Assembly: GCA_038850275.1 (NCBI GenBank)
Contig: JAWCLZ010000002.1
Coordinates: 38,993 to 102,992, forward strand
DNA from: Methanocellales archaeon
GTDB lineage: Archaea > Halobacteriota > JAWCLZ01
DNA: 64,000 nt
Direction of reading: 5' to 3'
The position numbers and the translations under genes are program-made. The notes under the pieces are model-generated. The model saw only the letters and a program-made list of their open reading frames with translations. It made no database searches and was not told the origin of the DNA. Positions within the stretch are counted from its first letter, which is position 1. Every line of letters begins with the position of its first letter. Of this stretch, positions 30,376-39,573 are shown piece after piece.

Positions 30376-31101
30376 ATGGAAGGTCTTAAAAAAGTAATGA
30401 TTGTTGACGATGAAAAAGATGTAGTGAATTTATTTGAGGAAATGCTCTCAGATAACTATCAAGTTATAAAGGCATATAGTGGTAAAGAATGCCTTGAAAA
30501 ACTTAAACTTCATAAGCCAGATTTAATTCTGCTTGATATATTGATGCCTGAGATGGATGGCTGGCAAGTACTTGATAAGATAAAGCAGGATGGGGAATTC
30601 AAGGATATACCAGTGATTATGCTAACAGCAGTTAAACCAGATTTCAGCATACTTCAAAAAGGCATTGAAAACTACATAGTTAAACCAGTGTCACGGAGCG
30701 ATCTCTTAAACACAATTAATAATTTCTTCCAAGCTAAAGAAAAAATGGCGCAGTTTGAAGCAAGAGCTCTAGCTATTGGCGTGGCAAGGAATTTGATAGA
30801 GGAATACAAGGAAAAAGCTAGGCGACTCGATGTTATCGAGAAACTATCAACACTTCTCAAGCAAATCTTCACCCAGAAAGCAATGGAAAGCAAAGAAAGC
30901 ACTCAAAACTTAATGAAGAGTTTGGATAGGGCAATTGATCTACAGAGAGAGGAAGTACATCGCCTTCAAGTTGAAATTGAAAAATACTTCAAAGACCCAA
31001 GTGAGCTAAGTGCATTCTTCGATGTTGTAGAGTGGAGTGCAAGGAAAAAGAAATATGAAGTAGCAGGCTTAGGGTATAAGCGAAGACAGTGGTTTAGCTA
31101 G
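30376..31101 (+). CDS. Response regulator: receiver domain plus helical C-terminal domain
   Basis: IVDDE, LILLDILMPEMDG, MLTA, KP; AGGAGG before ATG. Confidence 0.92.
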   Translation: MEGLKKVMIVDDEKDVVNLFEEMLSDNYQVIKAYSGKECLEKLKLHKPDLILLDILMPEMDGWQVLDKIKQDGEFKDIPVIMLTAVKPDFSILQKGIENYIVKPVSRSDLLNTINNFFQAKEKMAQFEARALAIGVARNLIEEYKEKARRLDVIEKLSTLLKQIFTQKAMESKESTQNLMKSLDRAIDLQREEVHRLQVEIEKYFKDPSELSAFFDVVEWSARKKKYEVAGLGYKRRQWFS

Positions 31102-31102
31102 G

Positions 31103-31378
31103 CTATGGCTTCTTCAAAGGGATTTCTATGAATGAAACCTTGACCTTCTCTCCCTTCTCACTCTGCACTTCCTCAGTACCAATTTTAATGTCCCCCACTG
31201 TTAAATCCTGCATGAATCTATTCCTAGCCACTTCCACCACGTCTACCGCTCTCGAGATTGCCCTTCCCCTTGCTTTAACAACAACTTCTTTTGCACCTTC
31301 ATTGAACTGCGTTACAGTTGCAAGTACATAGTTCATTATGGGTTTATCTCCAACGCGAATAACATTATCTTCTGGCAT
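31103..31378 (-). CDS. albA: DNA/RNA-binding protein Alba
   Basis: [29 protein letters not shown]. Confidence 0.96.
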   Translation of the reverse strand: MPEDNVIRVGDKPIMNYVLATVTQFNEGAKEVVVKARGRAISRAVDVVEVARNRFMQDLTVGDIKIGTEEVQSEKGEKVKVSFIEIPLKKP

Positions 31379-31454
31379 CTTCGAAACCTCTGTGCAAATA
31401 TTCTATTTTGGATTAGATAAACCTTATCTCTTTTAAGCAGCAATTCGATATTCT

Positions 31455-32549
31455 GTGGTTAGTTTAGAGGAGAAGATAAAGGCAATAGAGGAAGAGCTTA
31501 GATGCACACCTTATAACAAAGCCACTGAAGCGCACATAGGGCGCTTGAAAGCTAAATTAGCTAGACTGCGCGAGGAATTAGAATCACAAGCTGCTAGGAG
31601 AACAATTTCGAGAGGGGCTGAGATAAAGCGCTGTGGTGATGCAAGAGTGGTTATAGTTGGCTTTCCATCTGTTGGGAAATCAACTTTGTTGAATAAAATT
31701 ACTAATGCAAAATCAGAGGTAGGCGAGTATGATTTTACCACTCTTAAAATAATTCCAGGTATAATGCTGCATAAGGGAGCGAGGATTCAAGTGCTGGATA
31801 CACCTGGATTAATAGAGGGCGCGGCTTCAGGAAGAGGTAGAGGTAGAGAGGTGATCTCCATCATAAGGAATTCTGATTTAATACTTCTTTTAATAGATGT
31901 CTTCAATCCACAGCAGCTGGAAATAATTAAGAGAGAGTTATACACTGCTGGGATTAGGATCAATGAAAAACCTCCTGAAGTATTTATAAGGAAAAAGGCC
32001 TCGGATGGTATAAAAATAAATTCTTTGGTGGAGCAAGAGTTGGATGAAAAAACTATAAAAAATGTGCTTAATGAGTATAGAATACATAGCGCTGAGGTAA
32101 TCATACGCCAGAAAATAACTCTAGAGCAGCTCATAGATGCAATTCTAGGTAATAGGAAATACATTCCCGCGATTGTAGCAATAAACAAAATTGACCTAGC
32201 AAGCAGGGAATACCTAGAGGCCGTAAAACTACCTGAGGATGCAATCTTGATCTCTGCCGAGAGAGAAATCGGCTTAGAGAAACTTAAGGATGAGATCTAC
32301 CGTGCTCTTGACTTCATAAGAGTCTATTTAAAGCCACCTGGCGAGAAAGTAGATATACAAGAGCCAATGATCCTCAAAAAAGGTGCTACGGTAGCAGAGG
32401 TCTGCGATCGCTTGCATGGAGAATTCAAGCAAAATTTCAGATATGCTCAAGTCTGGGGGGAATCTGTTAGATATAAAGGACAGAGAGTTGGGCTGAATCA
32501 CGAGTTGAAGGATGGAGATATATTAACAATTTTCATCAAACAGCGCTGA
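31455..32549 (+). CDS. DRG/Rbg1-family GTPase with TGS domain
   Basis: TPYNKATE, GFPSVGKST, DTPG, NKID, C-terminal TGS. Confidence 0.93.
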   Translation: MVSLEEKIKAIEEELRCTPYNKATEAHIGRLKAKLARLREELESQAARRTISRGAEIKRCGDARVVIVGFPSVGKSTLLNKITNAKSEVGEYDFTTLKIIPGIMLHKGARIQVLDTPGLIEGAASGRGRGREVISIIRNSDLILLLIDVFNPQQLEIIKRELYTAGIRINEKPPEVFIRKKASDGIKINSLVEQELDEKTIKNVLNEYRIHSAEVIIRQKITLEQLIDAILGNRKYIPAIVAINKIDLASREYLEAVKLPEDAILISAEREIGLEKLKDEIYRALDFIRVYLKPPGEKVDIQEPMILKKGATVAEVCDRLHGEFKQNFRYAQVWGESVRYKGQRVGLNHELKDGDILTIFIKQR

Positions 32550-32621
32550 GATAAAAAATCGAAGACCTTTATATAAAATCAAAAACCTTATGAGAATAGA
32601 TAAGCTAATATAAAACAGAGC

Positions 32622-33569
32622 ATGCCCCTTCCAGATGTTCAAGCTACGAGGCCTGAGATATCCATAGATTTAACTAGGGTAGGTGTTACTGATGTTAAAA
32701 AAATTGTAGAAGTAGCTAGGGATGGGAAGCGCCCAATCGTGCTTATGTCAACCTTCAGTATTTTTGTAGACTTGCCTTCAAATAGGAAGGGTGCAAATCT
32801 TTCTCGAAATTTTGAAGCAATCGACGAGGTTCTAGAGGAAGCACTTGCCTCCCCTGTTTACGAGATCGAAGAGCTGTGCAGCGAAGTCGCTAGGCGTCTT
32901 TTATTGCGACATGAATATGCATCTCGCTCTGAGGTGAGGATGAAGAGCGAGTTGATGATTAAAAAGAAAACTCCAAAGACAGCTCTAGCTTGCCAAGAAG
33001 TAGTTGACATATATGCGCAGGCTGTGGCAACTAGAAAAAACGGCACGACTAAGGTTAAGAAAACCATAGGCGTGGAGAAACTTGGGATAACCGCTTGTCC
33101 ATGCGCTCAGGAGATCTCTAGGAAAAAAGCTAGAGATAAACTCAGGCAGCTTGGAATGGATGAGAAAAATGTGGAAATTTTCTTAAGAGAAATTCCAATG
33201 GCAACTCATAATCAGCGTGGTCGAGGTATAATCTTCATAGAAGTGGACGATGGATATGAAGTTCCAATTGAAAAGTTAATAGCAATTATTGAGCAATCCA
33301 TGAGTTCGCAAACATTTGAGCTACTAAAGCGGAAGGATGAAGCTGAGATCGTTGAAACAGCTCATAAAAATCCAAGGTTTGTTGAGGATTGCGTTCGCTT
33401 AATGGCTCAAAAAATCGTTAAAACTTTTCCAAAGCTCCCTGATGATGCAGTGGTAACTATAAGGCAGATAAATGAAGAAAGCATACATCGCCATAACGCA
33501 TTTGCTGAGCGCGTTGCCTCAATGGGGGAATTGAGAAAAGAATTAATTGCAGAAAGTAAGGCTTTTTGA
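32622..33569 (+). CDS. mptA: GTP cyclohydrolase MptA (methanopterin/folate precursor)
   Basis: [42 protein letters not shown]. Confidence 0.94.
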   Translation: MPLPDVQATRPEISIDLTRVGVTDVKKIVEVARDGKRPIVLMSTFSIFVDLPSNRKGANLSRNFEAIDEVLEEALASPVYEIEELCSEVARRLLLRHEYASRSEVRMKSELMIKKKTPKTALACQEVVDIYAQAVATRKNGTTKVKKTIGVEKLGITACPCAQEISRKKARDKLRQLGMDEKNVEIFLREIPMATHNQRGRGIIFIEVDDGYEVPIEKLIAIIEQSMSSQTFELLKRKDEAEIVETAHKNPRFVEDCVRLMAQKIVKTFPKLPDDAVVTIRQINEESIHRHNAFAERVASMGELRKELIAESKAF

Positions 33570-33595
33570 AATAAAATAAAAAATTAAATATAAAT

Positions 33596-34135
33596 TTATT
33601 TTTTAAGTGATTCCAGCGCTATTTGAACCATTTGCTTATACTGCTCAAGCTCACAGTTATAATGCTGCTTTGCCTTCAAAGCTTCTTCGCTATTTGAATT
33701 AAATATGCGCTCTAGTGTTTGTTTAGCAGTATCAAAAACCCAGATGTCCCGCGCAGATTCCTCTACAGCTTGAATTACCTCTGGTCTTATAGTTATAACC
33801 TCGCCATTCTCCGTCTTATAAAAAGCTGGTTTACCCACGACTGCTATGAAGCAAGGTGGATTCAACTTTGCAAGTGCTTGTGCAGCCTCAGGCTGATATT
33901 GCCCTGCGTGGATTGTGAAAGCACCAGTTGGATCAGCTATTCTAGCACGCCATGAATCGCTGCTTATGTTTTCCTTCTCAAGCAAGGTGCCAATTATGAA
34001 TAATCGATTGCATTTCGCACCAGTGGGAGTTAGCAGATATATAGGTGAATATTGATCCTCGCTTTCCTTGAAGATTAAATTTGAATCACTAAATTCCCTC
34101 GCGAAAACTCGCCTTGCGATTTCTCTCCTCTGCAT
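33596..34135 (-). CDS. RPA-associated OB-fold protein
   Basis: RREIARRVFAREF, TPTGAKCNR, DPTG.F...AGQYQPE; directly downstream of RPA. Confidence 0.85.
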   Translation of the reverse strand: MQRREIARRVFAREFSDSNLIFKESEDQYSPIYLLTPTGAKCNRLFIIGTLLEKENISSDSWRARIADPTGAFTIHAGQYQPEAAQALAKLNPPCFIAVVGKPAFYKTENGEVITIRPEVIQAVEESARDIWVFDTAKQTLERIFNSNSEEALKAKQHYNCELEQYKQMVQIALESLKK

Positions 34136-34138
34136 TTC

Positions 34139-35068
34139 CTATCCCTCCATAGCGGCGATTAATTCATCCACGCCGTCCTCGTAGAAGTTTTCAAGTCGAT
34201 ATACTTCCTCTGCAAGTATATATCTCCCAACCCTAGGCCCTCTTACTCGGAAATAGCGTCCCACTATTTCCCCTTTGATTTCATCTAATACAGCATTCGC
34301 ATCCAATGCAGCTAGAGCCATTTCCTTTGCGCTCTCCAACGTGGTTCCAGTGATTTGCTCCACCATTGCTCTATTTAGAATTATATCTTGTGTCTCTCTA
34401 CCAGTATCAATTACTGCTTTCACACGCAAGTCGTATTCCCCAGTAATTGACCCATGTTCAGCACAGATACCTCGAGTAAGAACGCGCTTGCAACTTGGAC
34501 AGCGCTTGATCAATCCACTTCCAGTTTGAATATCGATGAGCGCTCCCTCAAGCTCAACGATTGGATTGCTCACCTCAATCTCTTCAGCTATCTCCTTAAC
34601 TTTAGTTTTTCTATTGAATTTAACACTAAACCTTCCCTGCCATTCATCGCTCACAGCTCTTTTAATGTGATAGCACTTCCCCTCCTCAAGAGGTGGTAGA
34701 TTTGATTTAACCCAGTTGATGAATTTTATAACCCCTGTTTCATCGCCAAGCAAGCCCACTTGTTTTATCGCAGGATTCTCAGGCATCCAAAGCTGTATAA
34801 CTCTAACTTTCAAATCTACCCAGCTACCAGCTGCTTGAATCTGCTCAATCTTAGTTATACTTTCAGCTGGACTGTAAAATTGCTCCTTGGATAACTTAGA
34901 ACTGCGGAGCATTTGAGCTATTATGCTCTTCTTAGCCTCCTCCAGCGGCACTTTGAATTCATCGGTTAAGATCCTAAGCTTATCCTCTATATCCTTTTCA
35001 TTGCATTCAACTCCAAGTTCAGTGAAGCGATGACATAGCTCTTCAGTGATCTTCTTAGTTTCATTCAT
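34139..35068 (-). CDS. rpa: Replication protein A with Zn finger
   Basis: OB fold (QVGLLGDETG), GSGLIKRCPSC...CAEHG, DLRVKAVID. Confidence 0.88.
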   Translation of the reverse strand: MNETKKITEELCHRFTELGVECNEKDIEDKLRILTDEFKVPLEEAKKSIIAQMLRSSKLSKEQFYSPAESITKIEQIQAAGSWVDLKVRVIQLWMPENPAIKQVGLLGDETGVIKFINWVKSNLPPLEEGKCYHIKRAVSDEWQGRFSVKFNRKTKVKEIAEEIEVSNPIVELEGALIDIQTGSGLIKRCPSCKRVLTRGICAEHGSITGEYDLRVKAVIDTGRETQDIILNRAMVEQITGTTLESAKEMALAALDANAVLDEIKGEIVGRYFRVRGPRVGRYILAEEVYRLENFYEDGVDELIAAMEG

Positions 35069-35183
35069 CTCCATCACCTTTTTTGCATTTTTTTGAACAC
35101 AAATTTTAAACTAGCTTGTGGGGTAATAAAGGTATGGATAGCGTAGTGAAAATAATATTCTTGTGCTAGGTTTGCTATTAATT

Positions 35184-35227
35184 AATATTCCTAATGAGAA
35201 ATATTCCTAATGAGAAAACCTAATGAG
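35184..35227. repeat. 16-bp tandem repeat x2 plus a partial unit
   Basis: aatattcctaatgaga at 35184 and 35200, then aaacctaatgag. Confidence 0.88.
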
Positions 35228-35249
35228 TGCTATCTAGAACTCAAGATTC

Positions 35250-36659
35250 TCAACTCAAGTTCCTCAACTTCCCAGCGTATTTAGCCCACTTATATAGAGC
35301 TGCTAGAGCAGCAACTGCCTTTTCAGGTGCGTAGAGATAGCATGGTATTCCCCTATCCTCGAGATATCTAGCAGCTTCTTCCACTTCTATATCTCCTGAA
35401 AGCGAGGCCACAATTGGCTTCAAAAGGCCTTCTTTTCTGCTTTCCTCCACTGCTTCAGCAATAACCCTAGCAAATACCCTAGGAGGGGTTATAACTGTAT
35501 GCCAATATCCAAATATTATAGCATGCACTCTAGGATCTCTAATTGCAATCTTTGCGGTTTCTGCTTGGACTTCTGGTGTTGAAGAGCCTGTTACATCCAC
35601 TGGATTTTTAGTGGAGCCAAATGGAGGTATATATTTGCGAAGTGCTTGCTCTAAATCAATGGGTATCTCCATCGCTTTTAATCCATAGTCATATAATGCA
35701 TCTGCAATTATAACCCCTAGGCCACCTGCGCTAGTATGGATCAAGATATTCTCACCCTCAGGTGGAGGGAGCATATAAAGTGCTCTTGCCCAGTCGAGGA
35801 ATTCATCTAGAGTTCGAGCTCTTATAACTCCACTTTGCTTGAATGCTGCTTCAAATATCTCATCTGCACCAGCTAATGCTGCAGTATGCGATGCTGCTGC
35901 TCTCCTTCCTAAAGGTGTTCGCCCTGCTTTAAAAGCTATGACTGGTTTGTTCTTTGAAACTTTCCTTGCAGCTTTAACAAATGCAAGTCCATCTTTAACA
36001 TCCTCCATGTGAATAGCGATCACCTTTGTATTTGGGTCTTGAGCGAAGAACTCTAGAAGATCGTCTTCATCGATATCAACTTTATTTCCCAAGCCAACGA
36101 TGGCTGAAACCCCTATCCCTCTAGATCGAGTGAAGCCAATTGCAGCCATTCCAACTCCACCGCTTTGACATATAAGGGCAATTCCACCTCTCTTTGTATA
36201 GGGCGTGCAAAAAGTTGCACATAAATCATTATAGGTGTAGTAATACCCAAAGATATTTGGGCCGAGGATTCTCACCCTAGCTTTTTTAGCGGTTTCAATT
36301 AACTGTTGCTGCAATTCCACGTTGCCAATCTCGGAGTAGCCAGAGGTAATTATAACAGCAGTTGGCACTTCTTTTCTACCCAGCTCAATAATTACCTCAT
36401 TGACCAAGCGAGCTGGCACTGCAATTATCGCTGTGTCAATGCTCTCAGGAATCTCTCCTACATTTCCATAGTACTTATATCCAAAAAGCTCTTCACCTGC
36501 TCTCGCTGGATTCACAGGGTATATTCTTCCCTTAAACCCGCCATCGATGATATTCTTCACAATTGAATAACCAACTTTACCAGGCTCACTACTGGCACCA
36601 ATTATAGCAATTGATCTAGCATTGAACATGCGATTTAAAATATCTATAGCGTTGTTCAT
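35250..36659 (-). CDS. ADP-forming acyl-CoA synthetase (ACD) alpha subunit
   Basis: IIGAS..PGKVG, YPVNP, LGPN, QSGG, GLGNK, AASHT (catalytic His), NPVDVTG. Confidence 0.9.
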   Translation of the reverse strand: MNNAIDILNRMFNARSIAIIGASSEPGKVGYSIVKNIIDGGFKGRIYPVNPARAGEELFGYKYYGNVGEIPESIDTAIIAVPARLVNEVIIELGRKEVPTAVIITSGYSEIGNVELQQQLIETAKKARVRILGPNIFGYYYTYNDLCATFCTPYTKRGGIALICQSGGVGMAAIGFTRSRGIGVSAIVGLGNKVDIDEDDLLEFFAQDPNTKVIAIHMEDVKDGLAFVKAARKVSKNKPVIAFKAGRTPLGRRAAASHTAALAGADEIFEAAFKQSGVIRARTLDEFLDWARALYMLPPPEGENILIHTSAGGLGVIIADALYDYGLKAMEIPIDLEQALRKYIPPFGSTKNPVDVTGSSTPEVQAETAKIAIRDPRVHAIIFGYWHTVITPPRVFARVIAEAVEESRKEGLLKPIVASLSGDIEVEEAARYLEDRGIPCYLYAPEKAVAALAALYKWAKYAGKLRNLS

Positions 36660-36722
36660 AAGTTAAACTAATTTTACTTCATATTCTTATCCATTTTTGA
36701 TTTAATTTATATTTTTTATTTT

Positions 36723-37829
36723 TTAATTTGCACTCAAGATCTTGCTTCTCTTTCCAGCGTTGAGTTCAATTTCTCCATTGAAGCCTGCTTTGGCATAGCA
36801 ATCTAGAATTTTAACCTTGCATCCAACTTTAGGCTTAAGCTTGAGAAATTCATCTATCTTATCCATCCAGAGCGCGACTCTAATTGCCTCCCCACTTTTA
36901 TCTTTTATTTTAATATTCAAAACCCTTCCCTTGCTACCATCCCTTCGGGTGAATTCTCTAGGGAGTTCTATGTTAACGATTTCCCCTTCAATGTTATAGC
37001 TTTTATTAGCCTCTATCTCGCTAAGAAGAGTTATATTCTCACTATAATTAACATCAGTAGAAACCTTATGAATCTCCCCCCCTCTTCCAAGGTATAGCTC
37101 TATTCTACCATATTTCTCCTTAGAATAGACATTCTTGATTTCAATAACATCCCCGATCTTTAAATTCTCTACCTCAGTAGCTACATCGTTCCAGAGAGTG
37201 AGATATGCTTTACCTGTTTCATCTCCTAGTGTTAAACTTGCTAATTTGCCTTCTTTTCCATCTCGCCTTTGAAATGTCTTAACAGGTGTAATTTCCAAGA
37301 TCTTAGCGGTTAAATTAACCCCGAGCATCCCTGGTTTTATCTGAGCTATCTTCAGCTTTTCTACTTCTTGCTGCAGCTTGATGATCTCGAGCGATCCATT
37401 TCTACCAACGCTCACCTCTATCCCTAGAGTGCCTTTTTTAACATATCCATTAACTCTTATTCGACTCCCAACTTTAAGCTCGCCTGTTTTAACGAGATCT
37501 GCATATTCATCCCAGAGGGCAACTTTTATGGAGCCAGTTTCATCTTGGACTATGATATTAACAACTCTGCCAATGCTACCATTCTCGCGATTAAATTCCC
37601 TGCCCTCGAATATGTTCTTCACATATCCAGATAAGGTAATTCTCTTTTTCTCCTCGGTGATCTCAGCTATCTTCACAGTATTATCGTATCCTAAATCGTG
37701 TGCAACTAACAGCGCTGCTGTGATTTCATCGCATAGCCCACCCAATAATTCAATTTTCTCTGCAACGCGCTTGTTAAATTCCTCCAGAGAAATTCCCTCA
37801 AGTTTTTCATAGATCTCAAGCAAGTTCAT
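36723..37829 (-). CDS. rpa: Replication protein A / ssDNA-binding protein with three OB folds
   Basis: Three repeats of F.R.DG..G.V...D(E/K)(T/S)G.....LW. Confidence 0.88.
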   Translation of the reverse strand: MNLLEIYEKLEGISLEEFNKRVAEKIELLGGLCDEITAALLVAHDLGYDNTVKIAEITEEKKRITLSGYVKNIFEGREFNRENGSIGRVVNIIVQDETGSIKVALWDEYADLVKTGELKVGSRIRVNGYVKKGTLGIEVSVGRNGSLEIIKLQQEVEKLKIAQIKPGMLGVNLTAKILEITPVKTFQRRDGKEGKLASLTLGDETGKAYLTLWNDVATEVENLKIGDVIEIKNVYSKEKYGRIELYLGRGGEIHKVSTDVNYSENITLLSEIEANKSYNIEGEIVNIELPREFTRRDGSKGRVLNIKIKDKSGEAIRVALWMDKIDEFLKLKPKVGCKVKILDCYAKAGFNGEIELNAGKRSKILSAN

Positions 37830-37867
37830 TAGGAGGCTAAATGTTCTTCTGGATAATTAAGTTTATC

Positions 37868-37893
37868 CTCGAAAAATATTCTCGAAAAATATT
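37868..37893. repeat. 13-bp tandem duplication in a divergent promoter region
   Basis: ctcgaaaaatatt x2. Confidence 0.85.
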
Positions 37894-37932
37894 TATCTTC
37901 CTTTCATTAAACCCAGAAATGGGGAAAATCAT

Positions 37933-39204
37933 TTGGTAGATTTTTCACCTGAAAATTTAAGGGTTATATTCCCAGTTGGAGGAGAGGCAAAGCGATTGCG
38001 CCCTCTTACCTCTGAGGTTTCCAAGGCTTGCGTTAGACTTGTGAATAGACCTTTAATTGAGATCTCCATGGCTAGTTTAGCTAAACAAGGGGTTCGCAAC
38101 TTCATCTTCGGTGTAAAGGGCTATGTGAATTATAAAAGCCTACATGATTATTTTAAAGAAGGAATTGGCTTTTCAACGCAATATAAGATTGAGCCAAGGG
38201 TTCACATCAAATATGCACCGAATGAAGATGACGTTGGAAGCGCTGATTGCGTGCGGAGATGCATTGAATATTACGATATACAAGAGCCTGTATTTGGGGT
38301 TCAAGGTGATAATATATTTGATATAGACCTTCAAGATTTAATTAACTACCACTGTGAGAAACAGGCTTTAATGACCATCGGGCTTACCAATGTAGAACAA
38401 GTTGAGGACTATGGAATTGCTGATTTGGATAAAAATCTTAGGATTAAAAAATTCGTGGAGAAGCCTAAGAAGGAAGAGGCTCCGAGTACTCTCGCTAATA
38501 CTGGGATATATCTCCTTAGCCCTCAAATTAGAGAAGTCTTTAAGGAAAAGCCCGTTAAAGATATGATCTTTAAGCAAAAGCGCCTTGACTTTGGCATGGA
38601 CTTCATTCCATATTTAATTGAAACCCAGAGAGAGGTATATGGGTATATCTTGAGGGGCACTTGGTATGATGTAGGTACACCTAAGCGCTATCTCGATGCA
38701 ATGATTCAAATTTTACACGGGCACTTAAAGTGCTTGAGTGATTTTGGAGGTAGAATCTCTGAGGATGAAGATATCTGGATTGAATGCTTGAGTTTAGAGT
38801 CAGAGAAAAGGAAAAATGAAATAATTGAGAAAATTCGCAGGGAGAAAATAAAAATCGAGGGCCCGGTTTTAATAGGGAGGCATTGTCAAATAGGGGATGG
38901 GGTTACAATTAAGAGTTCCTGCATCGATAACTTCACCATAATTGGTGATGGCTGCTATATAGAAAAAGCTGCTATTTTAGATCGAGCTAGAATTGGTGAA
39001 TATGCTGAGATTCAAGAGAGCATCATAGGGAGGCATTCAATAGTGAAATCCTCAAAGGCGAAGCCTACTAAAATCAAAGCAATAAGCGTGTTGGGCGATG
39101 ATGTTATCGTGGAGGAAGGCTGTGAGATCATTGCCTCTAAGATATATCCACATTTATGCGTTATTAGCGGTAAGAAACTGCTCTATGAAGACGTGGTTTC
39201 TTAG
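37933..39204 (+). CDS. NDP-sugar synthase (sugar-1-phosphate nucleotidyltransferase with hexapeptide-repeat C-terminus)
   Basis: PVGGEAKRLRPLT, QGDN, FVEKP, NTGIY, LDFG.DFIP, WYDVGTP, left-handed beta-helix. Confidence 0.88.
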   Translation: MVDFSPENLRVIFPVGGEAKRLRPLTSEVSKACVRLVNRPLIEISMASLAKQGVRNFIFGVKGYVNYKSLHDYFKEGIGFSTQYKIEPRVHIKYAPNEDDVGSADCVRRCIEYYDIQEPVFGVQGDNIFDIDLQDLINYHCEKQALMTIGLTNVEQVEDYGIADLDKNLRIKKFVEKPKKEEAPSTLANTGIYLLSPQIREVFKEKPVKDMIFKQKRLDFGMDFIPYLIETQREVYGYILRGTWYDVGTPKRYLDAMIQILHGHLKCLSDFGGRISEDEDIWIECLSLESEKRKNEIIEKIRREKIKIEGPVLIGRHCQIGDGVTIKSSCIDNFTIIGDGCYIEKAAILDRARIGEYAEIQESIIGRHSIVKSSKAKPTKIKAISVLGDDVIVEEGCEIIASKIYPHLCVISGKKLLYEDVVS

Positions 39205-39461
39205 TTTTTCCTTTTCTTCCCATTTCTCTTTCTTTGTCTATCTAAGAATTTTAGGAATTCAGCTGTGGCATCGCAGCATTTCTGAATTTGTTCAATAGTG
39301 AAGCCCTCATGCTTGTTGCAGAAAATAGGAGTATCTTCTTTTTCACCCTCTATAAGCCCTGCCCATATTTCTTTAGAAACATCTGAATCGCATTCAGCGA
39401 GACATTCAAATCTCACATTACCAACTCTAATGATCTTATACTTCCCTTTTTTAAGTTCCAA
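39201..39461 (-). CDS. Small Cys-containing hypothetical protein
   Basis: 86-aa ORF filling an otherwise empty gap; 5 Cys; basic tail. Confidence 0.5.
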   Translation of the reverse strand: MELKKGKYKIIRVGNVRFECLAECDSDVSKEIWAGLIEGEKEDTPIFCNKHEGFTIEQIQKCCDATAEFLKFLDRQRKRNGKKRKN

Positions 39462-39573
39462 TACCTCGATCTTCAGTTTTCGAACAATTTTATCCTCAAT
39501 CCATTCCTATGTTACTATTAATATTTAAATTAACCCCAAAAATTATAAATTATTTTTTAATATTAATTTAATA

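Noticed and set aside
33596..37829. Multiple RPA genes as a novel system
   Set aside because: Several RPA paralogs plus an RPA-associated protein are normal in Halobacteriota
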